From Bacillus subtilis subsp. subtilis str. 168 (GTDB lineage: Bacteria; Bacillota; Bacilli; Bacillales; Bacillaceae): a stretch of DNA of 64,000 nucleotides. The stretch covers positions 3,906,001-3,970,000 of the forward strand of contig NC_000964.3 in the NCBI RefSeq assembly GCF_000009045.1, read 5' to 3'. Shown one piece after another: positions 1 through 9,318 of this stretch (the first letter of the stretch is position 1; each line of letters starts with the position of its first letter). The notes beneath the pieces are model-generated. The model saw nothing but the letters and a program-made list of their open reading frames with translations. It was not told where the DNA came from and made no database searches. The translations under genes were made by a program, and so were the position numbers.

Positions 1-103
1 GATGGGAGCAGTCAGAAACTTAATCCCCGTTACGCTCGGCAATCTGACCGCGGGAATAGTTATGATGGGCTGGATGTACTACACACTGAATCCTGATCAA
101 TAA
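1..103 (+). CDS. ywcJ: 3' end of formate/nitrite transporter (FNT) family gene, partial
   Basis: Frame from position 2 reads MGAVRNLIPVTLGNLTAGIVMMGWMYYTLNPDQ* (TAA 101-103). NLIPVTLGN is the typical FNT C-terminal motif. Confidence 0.8.
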   Translation, partial: MGAVRNLIPVTLGNLTAGIVMMGWMYYTLNPDQ

Positions 104-141
104 AAAAACTTCCAGAGATCACTCCCTGCAAGTCAAAGCGG

Positions 142-972
142 TTATTCCGAGAGATCTTGAAGACGCTGGACATGCAGCGTGATATAGCCGGCCTCGGATT
201 CCGGCAAATGTAATTGATATTCATTTTTCAAAAACTCCGCCAGCTCCAGCGCACATTGATAGGCGAATGAATACTTTTTTTGGATGAAATAAAGCATCTC
301 CTCGTCCATACGATGGAGCGCTTCATTTGATTCCAACCGGCTGACCGCGTATCGCAAATGCGTGACAAGGCGTTGATAGGAAATGCTGTTTTCATCCACC
401 TTTCGATTAAAGTATTGTTTTATTTTCTCTATCATTTCTTTGATCATGGTCGTATGCTTCAGCGCTGAATACATGCTCTCCGCATCCATCTTCGCCGTAT
501 GGATGTGAAGGGCAATATAACCCGCTTCATCTTCAGGCAGAGACACGCCCAATGTCTCTTTTACATGTCCGATCGCCCACAGGCCGATCTCATATTCTTT
601 TTTATAGAGCGCCTTTATCTCATGCAGCAATTTATTCTGCACAAGCAGCCCATTTTGAATCCTTTCGATCGCAAAGGACAAATGGTCGGAAAGCGCGATA
701 TGAATGTGATCGCTCAGCGGCGCCGCGAGCTCTCCTTCCGCATAGCTGATGATATCCTCAGCTATTTCTATATGCTCCTCCGGCAGTGTTTGCAGGATTT
801 GTTTGAACTTTTCATTCTCGTCGCGCACGACAAAGATCTTTTCCACTTTATTCATAGGGATGAGATCATTTTTCTTTTTTTGAAAAGCGATTCCCGGTCC
901 CATCACGATTTTTTCCTGATCATCCTCTTTTATTAAAGCCGCATTGTTGTTTAATACTTTATAGATTTTCAA
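142..972 (-). CDS. sacT: BglG-family transcriptional antiterminator (CAT + 2 PRD)
   Basis: N-terminal [13 protein letters not shown]-binding domain; PRD histidines (SDHLSF, ALHIH, VTHLR, TLHVQ); TTG start with GGGAGA RBS. Confidence 0.95.
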
Positions 973-1011
973 GAGGTTATCTCTCCCGCCAATTTGCTTT
1001 TGACTGGGATT

Positions 1012-1314
1012 TTACCTCCTTTTGACCGCCATGTAAAGATGCGGGCCCGCTCTCTCCTGCTTTGGCGATTCCTTGAAGGCTTGCAAACATCTTCTTTTAT
1101 AAAGCGCGGCGGCTTTCGCTTTCTGCTTTTCTTCCTCATTCACAGCCATCCGCCATTCATAAAACGAAACGAGTCCTGCGGCCTGCACAGCCGCCTTTCT
1201 TTGGTATGTACGCTGAGCCGAATAGACCGCGGCAGCCGCAGTTTTTCTGTCCGGCGTCACCCAGTTCATCAAAAAGACCATCCACACCCGTAAAGATACA
1301 AGCAAACGTTTCAT
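1012..1314 (-). CDS. ywcI: Uncharacterised 100-aa ORF upstream of sacT
   Basis: ATG at 1314 preceded by GGAGG. The ORF-track extension to 1479 lacks support. No recognisable domain. Confidence 0.55.
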   Translation of the reverse strand: MKRLLVSLRVWMVFLMNWVTPDRKTAAAAVYSAQRTYQRKAAVQAAGLVSFYEWRMAVNEEEKQKAKAAALYKRRCLQAFKESPKQERAGPHLYMAVKRR

Positions 1315-1568
1315 AGAAAAACATCCCTCCGCTTCTTTTTGGCAGGCAGCCTTTTTAGCAGCCCGTTTTCTCAGCCGCAGCCCGCAAGAAAAGACGGCCG
1401 ATTTCTTTTCTCGCAAACTAGCGGCTCTAGCAAAACTCATGACTCTATGATAGACCGTGGAAAGAGAATTCTTTGTCACAATATGAGTGAAAAAACCAAC
1501 TAGTTTTTAGAAGTTTTGTTGAAAGCTGAAAGAATTGAAATGAAAATTGGAGAACCGCTTTGAAAACT

Positions 1569-1737
1569 TTATACACAAGTTATCCCAAAGATAAGAACAA
1601 CTTAATCACAAGAGATATCCACATGTCCACAAACTCTATCTATATTTTGTATACGAACGTATATTCCTAACTATATATATACACAGGTTTATTCACTTAT
1701 ACACAGGGTTCTGTGTATAACTCCTTCGTTATACACA
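1569..1737. promoter_or_regulatory. DnaA-box cluster between ywcI and vpr
   Basis: Perfect TTATNCACA at 1569, 1697 and 1729 (+) and 1712-1720 (-). One-mismatch boxes at 1602, 1615, 1677 and 1689. Confidence 0.85.
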
Positions 1738-1843
1738 AACAAAATCCAATAAATGGTCCAAATGACACAAGGATTTTTTTGAATTTTCAAGAAATATATA
1801 CTAGATCTTTCACATTTTTTCTAAATACAAAGGGGGAAACACA

Positions 1844-4264
1844 TTGAAAAAGGGGATCATTCGCTTTCTGCTTGTAAGTTTCGTCTTATTTTTTGCGTTA
1901 TCCACAGGCATTACGGGCGTTCAGGCAGCTCCGGCTTCTTCAAAAACGTCGGCTGATCTGGAAAAAGCCGAGGTATTCGGTGATATCGATATGACGACAA
2001 GCAAAAAAACAACCGTTATAGTGGAATTAAAAGAAAAATCCTTGGCAGAAGCGAAGGAAGCGGGAGAAAGCCAATCGAAAAGCAAGCTGAAAACCGCTCG
2101 CACCAAAGCAAAAAACAAAGCAATCAAAGCAGTGAAAAACGGAAAAGTAAACCGGGAATATGAGCAGGTATTCTCAGGCTTCTCTATGAAGCTTCCAGCT
2201 AATGAGATTCCAAAACTTCTAGCGGTAAAAGACGTTAAGGCAGTGTACCCGAACGTCACATATAAAACAGACAATATGAAGGATAAAGACGTCACAATCT
2301 CCGAAGACGCCGTATCTCCGCAAATGGATGACAGTGCGCCTTATATCGGAGCAAACGATGCATGGGATTTAGGCTACACAGGAAAAGGCATCAAGGTGGC
2401 GATTATTGACACTGGGGTTGAATACAATCACCCAGATCTGAAGAAAAACTTTGGACAATATAAAGGATACGATTTTGTGGACAATGATTACGATCCAAAA
2501 GAAACACCAACCGGCGATCCGAGGGGCGAGGCAACTGACCATGGCACACACGTAGCCGGAACTGTGGCTGCAAACGGAACGATTAAAGGCGTAGCGCCTG
2601 ATGCCACACTTCTTGCTTATCGTGTGTTAGGGCCTGGCGGAAGCGGCACAACGGAAAACGTCATCGCGGGCGTGGAACGTGCAGTGCAGGACGGGGCAGA
2701 TGTGATGAACCTGTCTCTCGGAAACTCTTTAAACAACCCGGACTGGGCGACAAGCACAGCGCTTGACTGGGCCATGTCAGAAGGCGTTGTCGCTGTTACC
2801 TCAAACGGCAACAGCGGACCGAACGGCTGGACAGTCGGATCGCCGGGCACATCAAGAGAAGCGATTTCTGTCGGTGCGACTCAGCTGCCGCTCAATGAAT
2901 ACGCCGTCACTTTCGGCTCCTACTCTTCAGCAAAAGTGATGGGCTACAACAAAGAGGACGACGTCAAAGCGCTCAATAACAAAGAAGTTGAGCTTGTCGA
3001 AGCGGGAATCGGCGAAGCAAAGGATTTTGAAGGGAAAGACCTGACAGGCAAAGTCGCCGTTGTCAAACGAGGCAGCATTGCATTTGTGGATAAAGCGGAT
3101 AACGCTAAAAAAGCCGGTGCAATCGGCATGGTTGTGTATAACAACCTCTCTGGAGAAATTGAAGCCAATGTGCCAGGCATGTCTGTCCCAACGATTAAGC
3201 TTTCATTAGAAGACGGCGAAAAACTCGTCAGCGCCCTGAAAGCTGGTGAGACAAAAACAACATTCAAGTTGACGGTCTCAAAAGCGCTCGGTGAACAAGT
3301 CGCTGATTTCTCATCACGCGGCCCTGTTATGGATACGTGGATGATTAAGCCTGATATTTCCGCGCCAGGGGTCAATATCGTGAGCACGATCCCAACACAC
3401 GATCCTGACCATCCATACGGCTACGGATCAAAACAAGGAACAAGCATGGCATCGCCTCATATTGCCGGAGCGGTTGCCGTTATTAAACAAGCCAAACCAA
3501 AGTGGAGCGTTGAACAGATTAAAGCCGCCATCATGAATACCGCTGTCACTTTAAAGGATAGCGATGGGGAAGTATATCCGCATAACGCTCAAGGCGCAGG
3601 CAGCGCAAGAATTATGAACGCAATCAAAGCCGATTCGCTCGTCTCACCTGGAAGCTATTCATACGGCACGTTCTTGAAGGAAAACGGAAACGAAACAAAA
3701 AATGAAACGTTTACGATTGAAAATCAATCTTCCATTAGAAAGTCATACACACTTGAATACTCATTTAATGGCAGCGGCATTTCCACATCCGGCACAAGCC
3801 GTGTTGTGATTCCGGCACATCAAACCGGGAAAGCCACTGCAAAAGTAAAGGTCAATACGAAGAAAACAAAAGCTGGCACCTATGAAGGAACGGTTATCGT
3901 CAGAGAAGGCGGAAAAACGGTCGCTAAGGTACCTACATTGCTGATTGTGAAAGAGCCCGATTATCCGAGAGTCACATCTGTCTCTGTCAGCGAAGGGTCT
4001 GTACAAGGTACCTATCAAATTGAAACCTACCTTCCTGCGGGAGCGGAAGAGCTGGCGTTCCTCGTCTATGACAGCAACCTTGATTTCGCAGGCCAAGCCG
4101 GCATTTATAAAAACCAAGATAAAGGTTACCAGTACTTTGACTGGGACGGCACGATTAATGGCGGAACCAAACTTCCGGCCGGAGAGTATTACTTGCTCGC
4201 ATATGCCGCGAACAAAGGCAAGTCAAGCCAGGTTTTGACCGAAGAACCTTTCACTGTTGAATAA
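1844..4264 (+). CDS. vpr: Minor extracellular subtilisin-family (S8) serine protease with I9 propeptide and PA domain
   Basis: Signal peptide; catalytic motifs IDTG, HGTHVAG, GTSMASP; TTG start with AAGGGGG RBS. Confidence 0.97.
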   Translation: MKKGIIRFLLVSFVLFFALSTGITGVQAAPASSKTSADLEKAEVFGDIDMTTSKKTTVIVELKEKSLAEAKEAGESQSKSKLKTARTKAKNKAIKAVKNGKVNREYEQVFSGFSMKLPANEIPKLLAVKDVKAVYPNVTYKTDNMKDKDVTISEDAVSPQMDDSAPYIGANDAWDLGYTGKGIKVAIIDTGVEYNHPDLKKNFGQYKGYDFVDNDYDPKETPTGDPRGEATDHGTHVAGTVAANGTIKGVAPDATLLAYRVLGPGGSGTTENVIAGVERAVQDGADVMNLSLGNSLNNPDWATSTALDWAMSEGVVAVTSNGNSGPNGWTVGSPGTSREAISVGATQLPLNEYAVTFGSYSSAKVMGYNKEDDVKALNNKEVELVEAGIGEAKDFEGKDLTGKVAVVKRGSIAFVDKADNAKKAGAIGMVVYNNLSGEIEANVPGMSVPTIKLSLEDGEKLVSALKAGETKTTFKLTVSKALGEQVADFSSRGPVMDTWMIKPDISAPGVNIVSTIPTHDPDHPYGYGSKQGTSMASPHIAGAVAVIKQAKPKWSVEQIKAAIMNTAVTLKDSDGEVYPHNAQGAGSARIMNAIKADSLVSPGSYSYGTFLKENGNETKNETFTIENQSSIRKSYTLEYSFNGSGISTSGTSRVVIPAHQTGKATAKVKVNTKKTKAGTYEGTVIVREGGKTVAKVPTLLIVKEPDYPRVTSVSVSEGSVQGTYQIETYLPAGAEELAFLVYDSNLDFAGQAGIYKNQDKGYQYFDWDGTINGGTKLPAGEYYLLAYAANKGKSSQVLTEEPFTVE

Positions 4265-4265
4265 G

Positions 4266-4296
4266 AAAAAGCCCTGCCGATTCGGCAGGGCTTTTT
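4266..4296. terminator. Bidirectional intrinsic terminator vpr/ywcH
   Basis: AAAAA-GCCCTGCCG-ATT-CGGCAGGGC-TTTTT. Confidence 0.9.
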
Positions 4297-4301
4297 AAAG
4301 A

Positions 4302-5303
4302 TCAGTCAGCAAACGCCTCCTGCAATAAGCGATACGATCGGAGCTTATCTTCAAAATGATGCGTGATGGTCACCACCATGATTTCCTCTGTTTCATACGC
4401 GTTACTCAAAGCTAACAGCCGCTCCTTAACCTGTTCTTTCGTACCAACAATCATTCGATTTCGATTATCAGCAATTCGTCTCTGTTCATAAGGAGAATAC
4501 GTATTTTTCCGAACAGCTTCATACGAAGGAACTCCCTCTAAAGGAATACCCTGCTCTCCCGCCAAAAGTGTAAAATCAAGCACAGCCCCAAGCTCCTCTG
4601 CCTTCTCCTCCGTGTCAGCACAAAGAACAAAAACAGCAACTGCCGCTCGAGGCGTATCTCCTAACACAGACGGTTTGAATCGCCTCTTATACTGTCTGAC
4701 AGTACCCTCTCCGCCCTCTCCATTGATAAAATGGGCAAACATATAGCCAGCGCCAGATTCAGCTGCGAGCAGCGCGCTTTCTCCAGATGAGCCGAGCAGC
4801 CACACATCCGGAGCCGTTGAAATATGCGGCGCAGCGGTCAGATTCGGAAAACGGTGTTTGTCATCCGCCAAATCATGCAAATACATGGTCAGCTCCTTAA
4901 TTTGCTGCGGATACTGATCAGCATTGCGCTTACCACCGTCATTCAGCGCCCATGATGCAATCGGCATTCCCCCCGGTGCTCTGCCAAGCCCCAGGTCAAT
5001 TCTTCCTGGTGTCAGCCCCTCCAGAACACGAAAGTTTTCAGCTACTTTATAAGCACTGTAATGCGGCAGCATGACTCCTCCTGATCCAACACGAATTCGC
5101 TTTGTTTTCGCTGCTATATGACTGATTAGCACCTCAGGACTGGACCCTGCCAGCCGTTTTGAAAAGTGATGCTCAGAAACCCAAAATCTCTTATATCCAA
5201 GGTCCTCAGCAGCTTGGGCAAGCGCAACGGTTTGCTGTAAGGCCGTTTCTGCATTGCTGCCCTCTGATACTGGAGATTGATCTAATATACTTAATGAAAC
5301 CAT
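4302..5303 (-). CDS. ywcH: Luciferase-like flavin-dependent monooxygenase (LLM class)
   Basis: LSILDQSP, WVSEHH, RVGSGGVMLPHY and GRIDLGLGRAPG motifs; start MVSLS at 5303. Confidence 0.9.
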   Translation of the reverse strand: MVSLSILDQSPVSEGSNAETALQQTVALAQAAEDLGYKRFWVSEHHFSKRLAGSSPEVLISHIAAKTKRIRVGSGGVMLPHYSAYKVAENFRVLEGLTPGRIDLGLGRAPGGMPIASWALNDGGKRNADQYPQQIKELTMYLHDLADDKHRFPNLTAAPHISTAPDVWLLGSSGESALLAAESGAGYMFAHFINGEGGEGTVRQYKRRFKPSVLGDTPRAAVAVFVLCADTEEKAEELGAVLDFTLLAGEQGIPLEGVPSYEAVRKNTYSPYEQRRIADNRNRMIVGTKEQVKERLLALSNAYETEEIMVVTITHHFEDKLRSYRLLQEAFAD

Positions 5304-5476
5304 CCCTACCACCTCATCCTCATCGTATCACTGATCCCCTATTTTTTCTCCAAAGCCGCTCACACTGCTTATCAGTGTCCCCTATCATTCGCCATTTATT
5401 TGTGAAAGCATGTCCCTATTTGTCGGAATATGTTACACGTGAAACATAAAAACCCCTCCAGACGGAGAGGTTTGCT

Positions 5477-6226
5477 TTAGTTTTTATTAAAGCCCTTTTC
5501 TTTCACGTAGTCATTTAAATACGTACGCGGCTTTTGCTTCATAAAGTTCAGTATTTGATCGGACCACGTTTCTTCCCGCTTCCCGTTTGTTCTTTCTCTA
5601 TAGTAATCAGAAATGGTTTTGTCATACGTATTCATAGTATGACGGAAATCGTCTGTGTTCACATTATACGTATTTTCATGATAAACGGCCTGCTTTGGCA
5701 ATCTCGGTTTTTTGCCGGAAAGGTTCGCAGGATGGCCTACTGCCAGTCCGAAAAGCGGGAGCACATGGTCAGGCGTTTGCAGCACCTCTGTCACCTTGTC
5801 CAATTCATTCCGAATGCCGCCGATATAGCAAATGCCAAGCCCCATGGATTCAGCGGCAATGCTCATATTTTGCGCTGCCAGCGCCGCATCAATCAAGCTA
5901 ACCATAAACATTTCTGTATTCTCGAGCAGCTCAGAAATATGTTCACCTTTTTCCTCAGCCAGTTGTTGATGGCGGTACAAATCCGCACAAAATACAAAAA
6001 AGTGTCCGTTCTTCTCAACGTAAGGCTGATTCCCAGCAAGCACGGACAGCTCACGTTTTTTCTCAGGATCAGAAACCCCGATAATCGAATATGCCTGCAC
6101 ATAGCTGGATGTAGACGCAGCCTGCGCACTTTTCACTAATGTATCAATTTCTTCAGCTGTCAAAAGCTGATCAGTAAAAGACCGGATTGACCGATGATTC
6201 AAAATGGTTTCGATTGTGTTATTCAT
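5477..6226 (-). CDS. nfrA: NADPH-dependent FMN reductase / nitroreductase
   Basis: HRSIRSF, ASTSSYVQAYS, GICYIGG and KPRLP motifs; ATG 6226 with GGAGG RBS. Confidence 0.95.
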   Translation of the reverse strand: MNNTIETILNHRSIRSFTDQLLTAEEIDTLVKSAQAASTSSYVQAYSIIGVSDPEKKRELSVLAGNQPYVEKNGHFFVFCADLYRHQQLAEEKGEHISELLENTEMFMVSLIDAALAAQNMSIAAESMGLGICYIGGIRNELDKVTEVLQTPDHVLPLFGLAVGHPANLSGKKPRLPKQAVYHENTYNVNTDDFRHTMNTYDKTISDYYRERTNGKREETWSDQILNFMKQKPRTYLNDYVKEKGFNKN

Positions 6227-6296
6227 CACAAAAACCTCCTTATCACTTTTTATCATATCCGAAAAAAAGTGATCTCAAAAGTGAAATGCTCTGCAC

Positions 6297-6326
6297 AAAA
6301 AAAGACAGCCTCTGTAAAGGCTGTCT
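6297..6326 (-). terminator. Intrinsic terminator after rodA
   Basis: AGACAGCCT/AGGCTGTCT stem with adjacent A-run, which is a U-tract on the minus strand. Confidence 0.8.
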
Positions 6327-6331
6327 GCATA

Positions 6332-7513
6332 TCAAGAATTAAAAAGATAACTTCTGTATTTCGTCAGCTGCACACTTGCATTATATACAATCCCAAATCC
6401 GATTAACGTGGAAAGTGTCGAGCTTCCCCCATAGCTGACAAACAGCAGCGGAATCCCGGTAACAGGCATAATGCCAATGTTCATTCCGATATTCTGGAAT
6501 GTGTGGATCACAATTAACGCCGTATAGCCAACGCAAAAGAAAGAAGCGAAACGGTTAAACGGATGTATTTTGTCTATCAGAACAACAAGCCTGTAGATTA
6601 AAAAGAAGAACATGATGACAACAATTGCACAGCCTATAAAGCCAAATGACTCACCTATTATAGAAAAGATAAAGTCAGTCGTACTCTCTGGAACATAAAC
6701 CTTCAAATTAGAAATACCATTACCTAAAATACCACCAGATCCTATTGCCATGATGGCCTGGTCAACTTGCCAGCTGTCATTTGAATCTTCCTGTGTCTCA
6801 TTTGAAGCAGACACCCAAGAAGTGACCCGCTTAATTTGATAATCCTGTATTCCAACTGATTTAGCAACGTCAGGAAAGTTTATCATTACTAATAAAATTA
6901 ATGAAATGAGTAAGATACCTGAACCAGCTATGATCGCAATCAATTTCCAATTTATCCCTGACATAAAAACCATTACAAGAACGATAAACATACATATTCC
7001 CGCAGTCCCAGCATCCTGCATCAGGATAAGACCTACAGGAATAACTGCGACACCCGCAATCTTTAATAACAAGTGGATATCATCCCTAAGCGTCCGAACT
7101 CCTTTAGGATTTGCTTTTCCAATAACTGAAGCAAGCATCATAATCAAACCAACCTTCATAAACTCTGACGGCTGTATTGTTATTCTACCGATCCTAAACC
7201 AACTTTTTGCCCCTTTAATAACAGGTGCAATAGACTCGGGACTGATTTTAAGAATAATCAAAGATAAAATACCAATGATAAAAATATATAAACTTAACTT
7301 TTCAAGCTGTTCTAAATCAAAGTACAAAAGAACTGTAATGGCTACAGCCCCCAAAAGATAAAACACAATTTGCTGAATCCAATCCGTGTTCCCATACTGC
7401 CCAAACTGACCGGCAGCATATATTGATACTACGCTTATAATAAAAAACACACCAAATATAAAAATCAAATCCCCCTGGTAAAAGGGGCTTTGCTGTTTCT
7501 TATATCGACTCAT
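6332..7513 (-). CDS. rodA: SEDS-family peptidoglycan glycosyltransferase
   Basis: [28 protein letters not shown] and [15 protein letters not shown] motifs. Confidence 0.95.
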
Positions 7514-7649
7514 TCTATCCCGCCTTACATTTTCATCGGAAAATCACTAATGTTTATTATACATGAACCACGTTCAAGATGACACGTGAAGCTCGCTTCC
7601 TTTTATGTTTTTTCAGCATTTGCGGCGCTTTTTCAGCTACACGAAATAT

Positions 7650-7675
7650 GACGTATCATAAACCGAAATGTTTCG
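7650..7675 (-). promoter_or_regulatory. ECF sigma (SigM-type) promoter of rodA
   Basis: Minus strand CGAAAC-N16-CGTC. Confidence 0.7.
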
Positions 7676-8008
7676 ATTGACACAAAACTTTTCAAATGAA
7701 AAAAACGCCATACCAATAGAATTTGTTAAAAAACGAATGCGATAATGTGTTATGTTCCCAAATAATGTGATACCTCATATAGAAATAGCTAAAAATTCAG
7801 AGCCCCATGCCCATACATTCTCCTAGCACATTAAACGAAAAAATAAGACGATAGATCCAGTCCATTTCTGCAAAAACACGTATCAATTTCTGGAAAACAT
7901 GGTATAATAATTGTAACAGAATGTTCAAAAAACAATCACAAAACAGACACAACTCAGTTCCTCTATTTCATTTTTGTAAACGTTATCACAAAATGAAAGG
8001 AGACGGGT

Positions 8009-8272
8009 ATGATGGACATGTTTTTTGCTTACTTATTGGTTGCCAGCGCAACGCCTCTCTTTATTTGGCTTGATAACAAAAAAGTCGCACTCTCAGCTAT
8101 TCCGCCAATCATTTTAATGTGGGTATTCTTCTTCTTTTACGCAACAGAAAGCCTTTCTCCACTTGGACACACTCTCATGATTATCTTGTTTGCCGTTAAC
8201 GTCATTGTCGCTCATATCGCCGCATTTATCATTTACGGCCTTCCGTATCTTCGCAGAAAGCGAAGCAGCTGA
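8009..8272 (+). CDS. ywcE: Small three-TM membrane protein (spore morphogenesis, holin-like)
   Basis: 87-aa hydrophobic ORF with basic C-terminus; AAAGGAG RBS; extended -10 TGGTATAAT at about 7900-7908. Confidence 0.85.
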   Translation: MMDMFFAYLLVASATPLFIWLDNKKVALSAIPPIILMWVFFFFYATESLSPLGHTLMIILFAVNVIVAHIAAFIIYGLPYLRRKRSS

Positions 8273-8279
8273 AGACAGC

Positions 8280-8311
8280 AAAAAACCCTCTTCCACTGAA
8301 GAGGGTTTTTT
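8280..8311. terminator. Bidirectional terminator ywcE/qoxD
   Basis: AAAAAACCCTCTTC-CACT-GAAGAGGGTTTTTT. Confidence 0.9.
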
Positions 8312-8314
8312 GTA

Positions 8315-8689
8315 TTATTCGTTATGGCCTGAATGCTCTGAGTGTTCAGCGCCTCCAGGAGGATTTCCGTCCATATGGTCACCATGGTGATAGTGAGCCG
8401 CGAAAATCCAGATGGATCCAAGTACGATAACGATCGCGCCAAAGAATCCGAACAGCGTGTTTCCGACTTGGATCGTGCCGTTTTCGCTCTCTGTCATATG
8501 CATGAACATGAGAAGCTGCAGCGCCGCCTGAATGAAGGCGAAGCCGAAGATAATCCAAAGTTTTGCTGATGAGCTCAGGTCAGTATACACTGCAACCCAT
8601 AGAGCCAGCAGGGTCAAAACGATAGACAGGATAAAACCTACAATGTGTTTCCATGGAAAGTGACTGTGTTCAGCAGATTTGTTTGCCAT
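8315..8689 (-). CDS. qoxD: Cytochrome aa3-600 quinol oxidase subunit IV
   Basis: Start MANKSAEH at 8689; CyoD-like QLLMFMHM motif. Confidence 0.95.
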   Translation of the reverse strand: MANKSAEHSHFPWKHIVGFILSIVLTLLALWVAVYTDLSSSAKLWIIFGFAFIQAALQLLMFMHMTESENGTIQVGNTLFGFFGAIVIVLGSIWIFAAHYHHGDHMDGNPPGGAEHSEHSGHNE

Positions 8690-8690
8690 T

Positions 8691-9305
8691 TTACAGACCC
8701 CCCAATCCCATGAGATAGACACCTGTAAAGATGAAAATCCATACAACATCTAAGAAGTGCCAGTACAAGCTTGAGATAAAGATTTTAGATGAAGTTTGCG
8801 GAGTTAAGCCGCGTTTCTTCAACTGAATCAGAATTCCTGTGATCCAGAAAATCCCGATTGTTACGTGAGTTCCGTGAGTTCCAAGTAAAACAAAGAATCC
8901 AGACCAGAACGCACTTGTACTGAGAGCCGCTCCTTCATGTACATAGTGAACAAACTCGTTGATCTCGCATCCGACGAAGCCGGCACCGAGAAGAAGAGTG
9001 ATAATTGTCCAAATGACTACGCCTTTTAAACTTCCGCGGCGCATTTCATGAACAGCGATCCCGCAGGTAAAGCTGCTGATCAGCAGCAAGAACGTCATAA
9101 TCATTACCAGATTGACTTCAAATAGTTCGTCTGGCAAGACACCTCCAGCTGTTCTGTTTTTAAGAACGAAGAAGGTTGCAAATAGTGTTGAGAACAACAC
9201 AATTTCTGCCCCTAAAAAGATCCAAAACCCGAGAATATTAAGTCTGCCGGTTTCAGATTGATATTCCATAGGCGCGTTAGAATTGCCGTGTTCTGCATGT
9301 TCCAT
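8691..9305 (-). CDS. qoxC: Quinol oxidase subunit III
   Basis: GFWIFLGAE, GTHGTHV and LYWHFLDVVW motifs. Confidence 0.96.
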   Translation of the reverse strand: MEHAEHGNSNAPMEYQSETGRLNILGFWIFLGAEIVLFSTLFATFFVLKNRTAGGVLPDELFEVNLVMIMTFLLLISSFTCGIAVHEMRRGSLKGVVIWTIITLLLGAGFVGCEINEFVHYVHEGAALSTSAFWSGFFVLLGTHGTHVTIGIFWITGILIQLKKRGLTPQTSSKIFISSLYWHFLDVVWIFIFTGVYLMGLGGL

Positions 9306-9318
9306 AACTCACGCCTCC

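Noticed and set aside
1315-1479. N-terminal extension of ywcI given by the ORF track
   Set aside because: A clear GGAGG RBS precedes ATG 1314, so the upstream part is better read as leader. Similar over-long starts were trimmed for vpr-adjacent ywcH, nfrA, qoxD, slrA, efeU, thiE, thiM, ywbI, tyrZ, ywaC, aag and katX.
1782-1796. CodY-like site AATTTTCAAGAAATA upstream of vpr
   Set aside because: Three mismatches in an AT-rich region; plausible but not supportable from sequence alone.
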